Positions 8,597 through 18,887 of a DNA stretch of 36,317 nt are shown in pieces. Within the stretch, counting starts at the first letter, position 1; every line of letters starts with the position of its first letter. The notes under the pieces are model-generated. The model saw only the letters and a program-made list of their open reading frames with translations. It searched no databases and had not been told where the DNA came from. Both the position numbers and the translations under genes were made by a program. The stretch is from Stramenopiles sp. TOSAG23-3 (Eukaryota). The stretch is from assembly GCA_900128585.1 (NCBI GenBank), contig LT642197.1, forward strand, positions 1 through 36,317, read 5' to 3'.

Positions 8597-11047
8597 TTGT
8601 GTTTATTGTTTTATTCGTTCATTCGCACCACCACCACCACCACCATCCTTTTGTCTAGCGACTTATTTCGGAACTTGCTAGAATCCTTGGGTGTCTATGG
8701 CTCGGCAATCCTTGTCGACAACTACCTCGCTTGCCTCGCGCTCTGCGTCGTTGGTGGCGCAGCCCTGCGCTTCGCCGCTAGCCGGCGAAACGGTTCGTTC
8801 GCAGAGGTTGACGTGTTCTCCTCCGCGGACGCTGACCAGATACGTATGATGAAGGAGAACTGCATTCTTGTCGACGAAAACGACAACGTTATCGGCCACG
8901 ACACGAAGAAAAGGTGCCACCTGCTGTCGAATGGGCTCCCGCTCCACCGGGCATTCAGCGTGTTCCTATTCGACCAGGCCGGCCGCTTGCTGCTGCAAAA
9001 GCGGTCGGACGACAAGATCACGTTCCCAAAGTACTGGGCGAACACGTGCTGCTCCCACCCCCTATTCGTGGACGGGGAGAAGGACGGGGTCGAGGGCGTG
9101 AAGCGCGCCGCGCGCCGGAAGCTGGAGCAAGAGCTTGGCATCAAACCGGAGCAAGTGCCCATGGACAGTTTCACGTTCTTAACGCGCGTGCACTACCGTG
9201 CCGCATGCGACGACACGTGGGGCGAGCACGAGGTCGATTACATCGTAATCTGCCGGCCGAAGAAAGACGTTACGCTGGACTTGAATCCGAACGAGGTGAG
9301 CGAGGCGCGGTACTTCACGAAGAAGGAACTGAAGAGCTTTGTGAAGGACTTCGACGAGCAGGCAGAGGGCGCGGAGCTGATATCTCCGTGGTTTCACATC
9401 ATCGAAAAGCAGTTCCTCCACAAATGGTGGGATGCCGTCCTGTCCAGCCGCACGCCCAGCTTGACAAAGGCGCTGAGCAAGGTCGCGGACGTCGGCACCA
9501 TCTTTCGAGGCCACATGGAGGACATCTCCAAGTACCAAACGAAGAAGTTCGACGCCAGCAAGAAACAGGGGGCGTACGGCAAGGTCAAGGTCCACTCGCA
9601 CGGGGTGCTGGCCCATTTGCTTCGCCCGAGCGAAATTGTTGCAGCTGTCAAGTACAAGCTGAAGAAGCACAAAAGTGGAATGTTGTGCGAGGGTGCCCCG
9701 AAGGGGCTGAGCAACGCGGACATCCTGTTCTGTGAAGACATCCTGTCCAGCGTCAGCCGTAGCTTTGCCGGGGTCATCAAAGAGCTTCCCCCGGTGCTCC
9801 GCCTGCCCGTCGCCATATTCTACTTGGTGCTGCGCGCGCTCGACACCGTCGAGGACGAGATGGATCTGTCGCGGTTTCAGCAGTACGCCACCAAGGAGAT
9901 CCCGGACACGTACGACGTGAAGATCAACATGCTCCATAAGTTCGTCGACCGCTTGACCACGAGTGGGAAGGGGTGCACGTCCACGGGCATCGGGGAGGCG
10001 GACGAGCGCAAACTGGTGGAACAGTTTGACAAAGTCCAGCGGGTGTTTGCCGCGTTGCCCAAGGGGCAGCGGGAGGTCATCAGTGACATAACGAAGCGCA
10101 TGGCCGGCGGGATGGCAGAGTTTGCCGGGAGAGACCTCGCTGCGGGCACCAAAGACCGCACCGAATTCGACCTGTACTGTCACTACGTCGCCGGACTGGT
10201 CGGCGAAGGCCTGACGAAACAGTTTGTGGCCGCCGGCCTGGAAAACAAGCGCGTCAAGGGCGCACGGGGCATGATGCTGGCCAACAGCATGGGCCTGTTC
10301 CTGCAGAAAACCAACATCACGCGTGACTACTTGGAGGACTTAGTGGACAACCGGTCGTTCTGGCCGGCGGACGTGTGGTCCCTGTACCGTGACACCCTCC
10401 CAGAACTCCGCGTCGGCGACGAGAAAGCAATGGCCTGCTTGAACCACATCATCACGGACGCGCTGTACCACGGGCCGGACTGCCTGGCGTACTTGGAGCA
10501 GCTGAAAGACCCCGCCGTGTTCAAGTTCTGCGCCATCCCCCAGATCATGGCAATCGCTACCCTGAGCGAATGCTACAATAACAAGAAGGTCTACACTGGC
10601 GTCGTGAAGATACGCAAGGGGTTGGCAGCGCGCATCGTCCAGGACTGCTCGACGATGGAGCGAACGCGCAAGTGGTTCGCCACCTTCGCCTCGCAAATCA
10701 TGAACCGGGTGGAAGAGAGCGACCCGAACGCGGAGCGCACCATCGACGCCTGCATTCATTTGGGGGGCAAGAAAGACTCTGTTCCCGGCGGCATTCTTGT
10801 GGTAGCAAACATGCTGGCTTTGTGCCTGTTGGTCACCCTGGCCACCCGTGTCTACGGCGCGAGCCAGCAGCGCGCTACGTTGATGCCGCGATTGACGAGC
10901 ACCACCGAAGTGGCCGAGCTAGGGATCGCCGTTACTTTGTTCCTGTACTTGCTCGGTTTCGGTGGCGTTGGCATTGCTGCTAGCGATTTCGGGTCGCACG
11001 CCACCAGCCAGCCCATTCGCATGGGAGACAAGAAGAAGAATGCCTAG
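8597..11047 (+). CDS. IDI-SQS: Isopentenyl-diphosphate isomerase (type 1) - squalene synthase fusion; true start unresolved
   Basis: IDI motifs: CILVDENDNVIG, HRAFSVFLF, NTCCSHP, WGEHEVDY. SQS motifs: VSRSF, LRALDTVEDEM, YCHYVAGLVGEGL, MGLFLQKTNITRDYLED, FCAIPQIMAIATL, plus C-terminal hydrophobic helices. One continuous frame; first in-frame ATG at 8846. Confidence 0.95.
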   Translation: MCLLFYSFIRTTTTTTILLSSDLFRNLLESLGVYGSAILVDNYLACLALCVVGGAALRFAASRRNGSFAEVDVFSSADADQIRMMKENCILVDENDNVIGHDTKKRCHLLSNGLPLHRAFSVFLFDQAGRLLLQKRSDDKITFPKYWANTCCSHPLFVDGEKDGVEGVKRAARRKLEQELGIKPEQVPMDSFTFLTRVHYRAACDDTWGEHEVDYIVICRPKKDVTLDLNPNEVSEARYFTKKELKSFVKDFDEQAEGAELISPWFHIIEKQFLHKWWDAVLSSRTPSLTKALSKVADVGTIFRGHMEDISKYQTKKFDASKKQGAYGKVKVHSHGVLAHLLRPSEIVAAVKYKLKKHKSGMLCEGAPKGLSNADILFCEDILSSVSRSFAGVIKELPPVLRLPVAIFYLVLRALDTVEDEMDLSRFQQYATKEIPDTYDVKINMLHKFVDRLTTSGKGCTSTGIGEADERKLVEQFDKVQRVFAALPKGQREVISDITKRMAGGMAEFAGRDLAAGTKDRTEFDLYCHYVAGLVGEGLTKQFVAAGLENKRVKGARGMMLANSMGLFLQKTNITRDYLEDLVDNRSFWPADVWSLYRDTLPELRVGDEKAMACLNHIITDALYHGPDCLAYLEQLKDPAVFKFCAIPQIMAIATLSECYNNKKVYTGVVKIRKGLAARIVQDCSTMERTRKWFATFASQIMNRVEESDPNAERTIDACIHLGGKKDSVPGGILVVANMLALCLLVTLATRVYGASQQRATLMPRLTSTTEVAELGIAVTLFLYLLGFGGVGIAASDFGSHATSQPIRMGDKKKNA

Positions 11048-11257
11048 AATGGCTTCAGGTTACTTTATGTGCGGACAAAACGCTGCCCCGTACTTCGTAT
11101 TGTTGGCCGTGACGACACGAGTGTCTTTACAATGAACTGTTCCCGGCGATTGGAAGTTTGGAACCTTTAAGGAGAGAGTGCGGGCAAAAAGTTAATTCTT
11201 AATTTTACGACAAGAAGTATTGTAGTTCTGTGTATCCCTTTACCACGCATCTTGTCT

Positions 11258-11563
11258 AAGAGTGTACTTCTTCACCGGGCACGTGCCCGCCCGCATCCCA
11301 GGAAGTTTGTTTTGAAACCAAGATCTTCCCCTAACGGTGGAACCATGGGGAGAAGGGTGTGGGAGGGAGGGCAACGGTATGGTATGTACATATATCGTAG
11401 AAAATAAGACGGAGGGGCATTCCGGTGGGCACGATTCGCTGGGGGCGTCAAAAGAAACGTTGGCTTGCGCACGTTCCGCGGCATTCCAAACGCTCTTCTT
11501 CACCCTCCCTTCGCTCGTGCTCCAACTCTCCCCCCTTTGCCTGAGAAGAAGTGTGTGTTCTTT
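11258..11563 (+). ncRNA. Candidate structured RNA (about 305 nt) of unknown class
   Basis: GC-rich island between two convergent 3' ends. Nested complementary segments have mismatches that are mostly G-U compatible on the + strand (see findings). Confidence 0.4.
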
Positions 11564-11614
11564 CAAAAAAGATTTAATAAAACTTATACATTAGTCCACC
11601 ATAGCAAAAAGAGT

Positions 11615-12037
11615 TTACAAAATTGATCCAGCGGCACTGGCAATTTTTGGCCACAAATCGGCACATTCTTTTCCAACTGGTCCGGTAACTGCACTACCTT
11701 TCATTTCACCTTTGTTGTTCACGATAACTCCAGCGTTGTCTTCAAAGTAGAGAAACAGGCCACTCTTCCGTCTCCATGCTTTTCGCTGACGGACAATAAC
11801 AGCTGGGTGCATCTTCTTTCTGAGGTCCGGCTTACCTTTCTTTACGGACGCCATGACCATGTCACCAACACCTGCTTGCGGAAGACGGTTCAAAACACCT
11901 CCAATACCTTTGACCGCAACGATGTACAAATTCTTTGCACCAGTGTTATCGGCACAGTTGATTACGGCACCAACTGGAAGACCAAGGGTCATTTTGTATT
12001 TGTTACCGGCGGCGCCGGCACGTCCACGTTTTGCCAT
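11615..12037 (-). CDS. RPL23: 60S ribosomal protein L23 (uL14)
   Basis: 140 aa with the canonical sequence ([42 protein letters not shown]). Intronless. Confidence 0.99.
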   Translation of the reverse strand: MAKRGRAGAAGNKYKMTLGLPVGAVINCADNTGAKNLYIVAVKGIGGVLNRLPQAGVGDMVMASVKKGKPDLRKKMHPAVIVRQRKAWRRKSGLFLYFEDNAGVIVNNKGEMKGSAVTGPVGKECADLWPKIASAAGSIL

Positions 12038-13494
12038 ATTTGCTCGAAAAAAATTTGTTTCACGAAGTTAAATATATAGATCACTGTATAATCAGAAGAT
12101 TGGTTTATGAAACAATCTAAATCCTTCTCGCTCGTGCCAAAATCAATTTCAACGGAATGGAACACATCTATCACACACATTCAACCGAACGAAGAAAGAA
12201 ACGAAGTGAAAAGTTGTTCAGGGAATGAAGGAATTCTTTTTTTTATTTTACATAAATTTTTTTAATTTCTTTTTCTTCCTCCCTGTTGTATGTATGTTAT
12301 TATAAAATTAGTTATGAAGAAGAAAACATGTGATGAGATGGAAGAGAAAGAAAATCCAAAATGATACAAATAGCAACGTATAGTATTAAGTACTTCTTCC
12401 TATATATTATATTAAAAATATAGGTAATGTTGAAAGGTAATGCTATCTTTATATTAATACATCGTTTAGATAGGAGTAGTATTTAAAATGAAAGAAAGGA
12501 ACGACTGGTTGTCAAGAAAAGCAATGTTATTCCTATGTTAATTATACTAAACGATACAGTAGGTGAAACAACGAACAGCCACCAACAACCAACACTTCTC
12601 CCTATTCCTATGTATGTACAGTACTATTACCGTGTTCAGTAAGCCATTCCCTGTTCTATTCCCTTGTATTACATCATAGAATAGAGATATTCATAGGGTA
12701 CAGTCGAATGGCTCTCCCTCCATTCCCCATTCCATATCACATATAAAATGGGAGGGGATTTCTCTGAATACTTAAGTATTATAGTTTTTGGTATGGCCTA
12801 TGAATGGTGCGGTGCTTTCATTCAGGGGTGAGGGGAAGACTTTGTTTTTAACTAAAATTATTTTGAATTGTCTATTATATTTATAATTATTATTTTTATT
12901 CTTCCGAAGCGAGAAAGTAAACATCCCTGAAGGAACGGAACACTCACTCCTCAGCCTATAATGATAGACTATGAAGGAACACATCTATTATTTATAATAT
13001 TCATATGTATATTTATCCTTAATGTATAGAAAGGAAAGCTTGAATTATGACAATGCGGGATTTTGTTGAAATATTCTTTACATAATGATAATAGAGGTAT
13101 TTCCCATTCCATATCATATCTCTAAAATTTATAAAATAGACTTTTTTTGGAAAAATTTAAAAAAAAAAAAAGGAGGAAAATTTAAAAGTATAGTTTTAAG
13201 GTAGTTTTTGATATAATAGGACGAAATGATGGTAGTCTAATGGGGGTACGTAGATTAATATTATTTTTTTTGGTAGTACCTCTTTCTTTCTTCTCAACAA
13301 GAAAGATACCACCTACCACCTTCCATTCCATTCTTAATCTCCATTTATAAAAAATTTCAATGAAATTGAAAAGAAAGGTGACGACCACGCGTTTGCTTTT
13401 TTACCTACACAGTTATTCTATCTATCGTTGCTTTGTTGTTGTACAATTTCTGTTCCCATTGACGGATATCTGCCTCACAGCCACCTTTGTTTGC

Positions 13495-15432
13495 ATGTCG
13501 GGTAGTGGTTGTGCGTCGTCGTCTTCGTCTGGATTGGAGGTCCCGACTTTACTCCCGCGTGGAAGCATAGGCCGGCGAGACCCTGTCGCTTTCATAGACC
13601 CGAAGACGGGGGAGGGGGTTTCGGCAAACAGTCTCGTACTTTATAATGTGCCATTCAGAATAACGGACAGGAATGTAAAAAAAGTGCCCGTGCGTTTGCA
13701 GAACGGGAAAGTAGTCCAGCAGCACGTTCTTCCGGTATGTGCCCCGAACGGCAAAGTAGTTCGGGAAATCAGCTGCGGCCCCCCGAATGGTTTCCGCCCG
13801 GGACACCTGCACATGGAACAGGTTTCTGCAGATTTTGAGCCATATACATTCGCAGAGCACCAAATGGCATACACAATGAGAGAGTTGCACGAAAAGGGGG
13901 AATATTTTAGGCCCCTTAAGAAGCACCGGGTCGATCAAATGAACGATGAACGCGTCGAGCGGTTGGAAGCGTTGGGGAGCCTGCCGGAGGACGGCGAGCT
14001 TGCGCCCGGGTCCGAAGAGGCGTCCCAAAAATTTGAGGAGAAGAAGCACATCGCGCTGACGAAGGCGCGCGATGAAATAGGGTGGGTGTGGCAGGCCTTT
14101 CAGTACGAAAAGAATGAGAAGGCGATAGACATTGAGATGAAGCATGCGATCCCCGCCAAGGCGACCACGGCGCAAGAAGACGAGCGGGAGGACGAGGACA
14201 CTAGCCTGGCAATCGAGTTGAAGCGGGAACAGGTGGCGTCGGCGGCGGAGTATTTTCGGGGAAAGGTGGCAGGATTAAGGAACAACTTAAGACAAAACCG
14301 TTTCTACTTTCAAGCCGTTGCGTACTTGGCCAAGCACTGGCCCCTGCTCCCGCGCAACGAGCGACAAGCGTTTTCCTCCATCAAAGCGATCGATCGGCTC
14401 TGCGTCGACTGCTCCAATAGCTTGCGTGGGTCTCTCTGGAAGCCGACACGGGGGAAAGAGGCACGGCCGTTGCAGAATGCCACCCTGGTCCGACTGGTGC
14501 ACACGAAAAATGTGGAGCGGGAAGATGAAAACTTGTTCACGGTTGGCGGTGTGGCGCCAAAGATATGCGCGTTCGTAAGTTTAGAAGTGAAGATTGGGAA
14601 GGGTCCTGCACATGTGTTTTCCCCAAAGCTGCCACGCGACGACAACGATGACGGGGGCAACGTGCCCCAGAAGACGAAACTCCTGCTAGAGAGTGTGCGC
14701 CATTCAGCCCTGTGCGAAGAAATTTTTGACCTTTTGAAGTCCGAAATGGGGCGGAGAATTTACGGTAGAAAGAAAATGGATTTGTCGGAGCTGTTCTCAC
14801 GAGACAATTTCTCAGTTGTGACTTATTTGGACTCGGAGATTTCGTTCATGGGGGAAGACATCGATAGCCCAATCGTCAGCATTAGATTAGTCCCGCTTGA
14901 GGAAGGGCTCGGGCAGACCATGGACGTGGAAGACGACGACGGCAACGTCGTTGGTGCAGCATCAGTCGCTGCCATACTCTGCACCGAGGTCAAGCATAAC
15001 TGGAAGCTGCAGGTTGAGGGCGCTGAGTATCACAGGAACAAGGATGGCACCAAAGTGTTCCGATTGGGAAGCCGAAAACCCTTTACGGGGGCTGAAAATG
15101 CCATGCGCTACTTGAAACACGTTTCCCTAAGGCGGGAGGTGAACGATCTCCTGGCCCATTGTACCAACAGCAAAACGTGGGAAAGCAGCATTGAGGACAC
15201 AACAAAGGACTTGCTAGACAGACGCGCCAACGGCGGGAGTGCCCTGTGCGTGTCGATCTGCCATTTCTCTGTAAAGGCAACACACAAAGGGACATTTGCG
15301 ATCAGGGATTCACACAACATTCAGCTTATGCTGGTGGATTCAAACGGGAAGTGCATGTCCAGGGAGTTTGCCCGCGTCGTCGAAGTACGAGAATTTTTCA
15401 ATAATCAGTTGAAATGGAAAACAAAGAAGTAG
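13495..15432 (+). CDS. MED17: Mediator of RNA polymerase II transcription subunit 17-like
   Basis: Segments resembling recalled MED17 blocks: ALTKARDEI, LKREQVASAAEYFRGKVAGL...YFQAVAYLAKHWPL, LESVRHSALCEEIFDLLKSE. I placed the start at ATG 13495 because the in-frame stretch from 13360 looks non-coding. Confidence 0.72.
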   Translation: MSGSGCASSSSSGLEVPTLLPRGSIGRRDPVAFIDPKTGEGVSANSLVLYNVPFRITDRNVKKVPVRLQNGKVVQQHVLPVCAPNGKVVREISCGPPNGFRPGHLHMEQVSADFEPYTFAEHQMAYTMRELHEKGEYFRPLKKHRVDQMNDERVERLEALGSLPEDGELAPGSEEASQKFEEKKHIALTKARDEIGWVWQAFQYEKNEKAIDIEMKHAIPAKATTAQEDEREDEDTSLAIELKREQVASAAEYFRGKVAGLRNNLRQNRFYFQAVAYLAKHWPLLPRNERQAFSSIKAIDRLCVDCSNSLRGSLWKPTRGKEARPLQNATLVRLVHTKNVEREDENLFTVGGVAPKICAFVSLEVKIGKGPAHVFSPKLPRDDNDDGGNVPQKTKLLLESVRHSALCEEIFDLLKSEMGRRIYGRKKMDLSELFSRDNFSVVTYLDSEISFMGEDIDSPIVSIRLVPLEEGLGQTMDVEDDDGNVVGAASVAAILCTEVKHNWKLQVEGAEYHRNKDGTKVFRLGSRKPFTGAENAMRYLKHVSLRREVNDLLAHCTNSKTWESSIEDTTKDLLDRRANGGSALCVSICHFSVKATHKGTFAIRDSHNIQLMLVDSNGKCMSREFARVVEVREFFNNQLKWKTKK

Positions 15433-16471
15433 AATCCAACCCACTTTTTGTATCCCCCGTAGTGTGTGCAAGTCTTTCCCACGGTCGGGGTAACGGAAAG
15501 ACTTTTCCGAGACGAAGAGAGTAAGAGTAAAAGATACGAGCATCCCACTAACAATGTGATGTACACAACAAAAATAACAGAGCATCAGAAAGATTTTTTT
15601 TTGAGCGAGGAGAGCTATAAAAAATTAGATGCTGTGTTTGGCTGTGGATGTCGTAGATAGTATACATATTTTTATAAAAAAATAATATAATTTATTACAT
15701 TTTCACGGACTACCTTGGTACAAGCTTACAGCCAATTTTCTTTCTTGCTTTTAAAAATAATATATATACAAGTTTATTACGACTGGAGGTGGCGTGAGAT
15801 AAGTTGTTAGCATGCAAGGGCGCTGTAGGGGTGAACAGCAAGGGAGACCCAACTGTAACAGGAAGAATGATAATAACGACAAGAAAAAGAGTAGCAGTCA
15901 AAAATAAAAAGAGAAGAAGAAAATAAACGAGGATAGGGTAAGAGTCCCAAAAGTAACTCTCCAGGGAGCGAGGGTAAAAGTGGAACAGAAGGTAAAGGAT
16001 CAGGAGCAGTAGGAATAGATCTCCCTAAGGCTCAGCCGATAAGACGATAATAGGAGAATCGAAACGAGGAGGAAACAGCTCGTGGAGTGAGAGAAATATA
16101 CAGAAAAAGGGGGGGGAGCAAGTAAAGGGGAGCTTGCGAACCAGTGGGCAGAAAAGGAAGGTGAGCATAAAGCGATAAAGGGGGAAGGGCAGTGTCAAAT
16201 AATGAAGGGGAGGATCAAGGCGATATGCCAATAGCGGAGCAGGGAGAGGCAGATAACTAGAGGGGTCCATATATGCGTAGTGGGCCGCGTGGCGACTGAT
16301 AGTTATATGTAGATATCAGTGATATGGTTCAACAGTGTGAAGCGAGGTAAGTGGGGGTAGCTGAACGGACACGCTAGAGAAGTTGAAAACCGTATAGCTG
16401 AGTGAAACGGATTGACCAATTTTCCCAAGTCAAAGAAAAGAAAAAGAAAAAGGTTATTGAAATTGGATATA

Positions 16472-16611
16472 TTTTTTTTTTTTTTTTTTTTTGACTTAGG
16501 AAAGTCGGGGTGATCGGGCTGGAGCGCTAGCAGACGGGGAGATATCATCCTTCGGTCCAGCTTGGACCGTAAGTGATGACCTCCCAGCCTGGCCAGTAGT
16601 AGTAATCGTCC
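16472..16611 (-). mobile_element. Possible retroposon 3' fragment: long hairpin followed by poly(A)
   Basis: The minus strand has a GC-rich stem-loop ending ...actttcctaagtc followed by about 21 A. A similar end (tttcccaagtc plus an A-rich tail) lies on the + strand at 16421-16451. Confidence 0.35.
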
Positions 16612-16932
16612 AAGAAATTTAACGTCACATAAGAAGTAATAAATTATAATATGTTTTTTTTTTAAATACCACAACAACATCAACACAACATCGATGCACT
16701 ATCTTACAGGTACGAGGTACCAGGTACGGTACGGGGGTCACTATATAAAAATACAGGGGGGGGTACCGGTGGTACGATAATAATCACATCCATTTTGATG
16801 CCGCCGCCGGCCGGTGGTGGTGGTTGAATTAAAAATTGACAAAAAGTGAATTACAAATACTAATTGAAGGGAAAGATTCGGAACTAATACGACAGAGAAA
16901 ATAAATAAATTTAATTATAAACCTTAGCAACA

Positions 16933-17955
16933 ATGCCGAAAACAACTCGATCGTCCAGTAGAGGAACCAAGAGAAAGGCGCGTGTCGCCGAGAAGAAAAA
17001 AACAAAGGGGCGGGCTCCCGTCCCGTCTCGTCCCGTCTCAGCATTGTCGTGCAACATGGCGTATGTCTGTGCTGCGTTGGCTGGGTTCTGGGCGTTTCAA
17101 AATGCAGGGGGGGTCACGCTTCTGTCCGACTACGGTTGGAACAGCAACCCGTTTTGGAAAGGCATTTTTGCTTCCGTCGTAGCCACGGTTACCGTTTGGT
17201 TTTTTTCCGTCTTCAACAACAACAGCTCCATTTACGACCCGTTCTGGGTTGTGGCCCCACCCGCGCTAGCGGTGCTCTTGAAAAGCAGCAACGACAGTGA
17301 TAGAGCGAACGTCTGGCACGGTCGGCAGATTCTTATCCTCCTCTCCCTCCTGTCCTGGTCTTGTCGGTATCATGTGTTCTACCCGTGGGCGGGTTGGTGG
17401 ACGGGCCTTACGGAGGAAGACTGGCGATACGAAGACATGCGCTCCGCACCTATCCCGTACTGGTTTAATTCGCTTTTGAACATGCACATGTTCCCCACGG
17501 TACTCGTGTACTTTGCGTTTGCCCCAGCCGCACTGGTGTTGACTCGCGCGGTAGAAGATCAGCCTGAACTGGGGCTGATCGATGGCCTCGGGTTTTTGCT
17601 GTCCATTACTGCCGTCGCCATTCAGTACTTTGCAGACCAACAATTGCGGAACTTTCGGGCCACTGGTTCCTACAAAAAAGGGATCTCATTCCAGAGTGGC
17701 CTTTGGAAATATTCTCGCCACCCGAACTACTTTGGAGAGACACTCTTCTGGATATCTATGATACCGTATAGCATAGGATCGACAGACTACGAAAGCTATA
17801 CAAAGCTATGCGTCATCGGCCCGATTGTCATGTTCTTGTTTTTCCGGTTCAGTAGTACGCTGATGGATGCTCGCTCCCTGAAACATCGGCCCGACTACCA
17901 ACGGGTCATCGACGAAACATCATGCATGGTGCCATGGTGGCCAAAACAATGTTGA
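16933..17955 (+). CDS. DUF1295 family membrane protein (steroid 5-alpha-reductase-like)
   Basis: NSSIYDPFW, EDWRYEDMR, ADQQLRNFR and GLWKYSRHPNYFGE, with multiple hydrophobic helices. Confidence 0.9.
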   Translation: MPKTTRSSSRGTKRKARVAEKKKTKGRAPVPSRPVSALSCNMAYVCAALAGFWAFQNAGGVTLLSDYGWNSNPFWKGIFASVVATVTVWFFSVFNNNSSIYDPFWVVAPPALAVLLKSSNDSDRANVWHGRQILILLSLLSWSCRYHVFYPWAGWWTGLTEEDWRYEDMRSAPIPYWFNSLLNMHMFPTVLVYFAFAPAALVLTRAVEDQPELGLIDGLGFLLSITAVAIQYFADQQLRNFRATGSYKKGISFQSGLWKYSRHPNYFGETLFWISMIPYSIGSTDYESYTKLCVIGPIVMFLFFRFSSTLMDARSLKHRPDYQRVIDETSCMVPWWPKQC

Positions 17956-18109
17956 ATCGTGAGGGGCAAAAGTGGAAAACTCAATTTCTAAATTTCTAAA
18001 ATTAAAAACAACAACACAGCACATACATTAAAAATATAAGTTTTTCTATGTTGTAACACATTCTGTACATAGATTACATCGTTTTGAGCATTACCTTGTA
18101 GACGCGCAC

Positions 18110-18887
18110 TCATTGTTGGGAAAGCGTATGAATTGTATTCTTTAGGCCGCAAAAATCCGTACTTTCATGATACTGCATTTTTCGCTCCATTTTCCTCAGG
18201 TTCCATACGGACCACAGAAACCCAATAAATATGATGATGGCACAAATGTAGCGCCCCGGACCAAGCTCTTTTGCATCTATGGACACGTAGGTAAATGAAA
18301 CTTGTATAACTGGAACGAACGGCGGTTAGTTTTGATGAGTATACGTGCCAGACAAAAAGAAAACAAGGGGGGGGGGGTCTGTAAGTGTGAAGGTGGTTGT
18401 ACGTACCGAAGAAAAACAAAGCAGCCAAAAAATAAAACATTAAAGTCCTGTTCTCATACTTCATTACTTTGTACGACTTTTGGACGGACCCATCCGGGCC
18501 TCGGAGAGCCATGCCCGTCCCCCTAGACACATATTTGAAGCACATGTTAGTGATGGATTCAGGGTTTGAACTCGAAGTACGGACAAAAAATTAAACTTAC
18601 CATATTCCCACGAAGGTGGAGGACAAAACAGTGTGAAGGGCGAACACCAAAGCAGCAGACGCCGACAGCACATAGCAATATGAATTGGCACTTTGTATTT
18701 TAGTTTCTACATTGTACTCAAGCGGCCTGAAGACGGTCAGCAATCCTACTACAAACCCCAAAATCAAGGTACACTGCGTTCCAACGGAATTGAAGCGGTC
18801 ACTGTAGTACGTAACCTCTTTCAGTCGAAGAGCTGTCAACCGCGCCCCGGCTGCGTTCTCCACTGCAGAGAACTCCGCATTTATCAT
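18110..18887 (-). CDS. Orai-like 4-TM protein, paralog A (200 aa, no PH domain); exons 18887-18601, 18522-18407, 18309-18110
   Basis: Two GT-AG introns with CTAAC branch sites. Splicing gives an open 603-nt frame: MINAEFSAVE...TQCTLILGF...LHTVLSSTFVGIWGTGMALRGPDGS...FFFVIQVSF...WNLRKM...SQQ*. It aligns along its length with paralogs B and C. Confidence 0.85.
18310..18406 (-). other. Spliceosomal intron 2 of paralog A (97 nt)
   Basis: GTACGT donor, CTAAC branch site, TTCCAG acceptor. Removal restores homology to TM3-TM4 of the paralogs. Confidence 0.85.
18523..18600 (-). other. Spliceosomal intron 1 of paralog A (78 nt)
   Basis: GTAAGT donor, CTAAC branch site, TCTAG acceptor. Splits the Trp codon TG|G, the same position as in paralog C. 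Confidence 0.88.

Noticed and set aside
8914-10759. Long alternative-frame and antisense ORFs over IDI-SQS (and similarly over CDKL, RINT1 and ALDH)
   Set aside because: Expected shadows of GC-rich codon usage; no recognisable motifs.
12590-12770. CCATTCC/CTATTCC-rich segment with weak inverted repeats, partly echoed at about 13101
   Set aside because: Short, imperfect and low-complexity. I cannot distinguish it from chance or an old repeat remnant.
13360-13494. N-terminal extension of MED17 from ATG 13360
   Set aside because: T-rich and non-coding-like, ending near a cctcacag acceptor-like site. More likely 5'UTR or intron, though not proven.
16496-16530. GGAAAGTCGGGG as RNase P/MRP CR-I, or the minus-strand CCCGATCACCCCGA as 5S rRNA
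   Set aside because: No matching CR-V or P4 partner, and the rest does not follow 5S sequence or structure.
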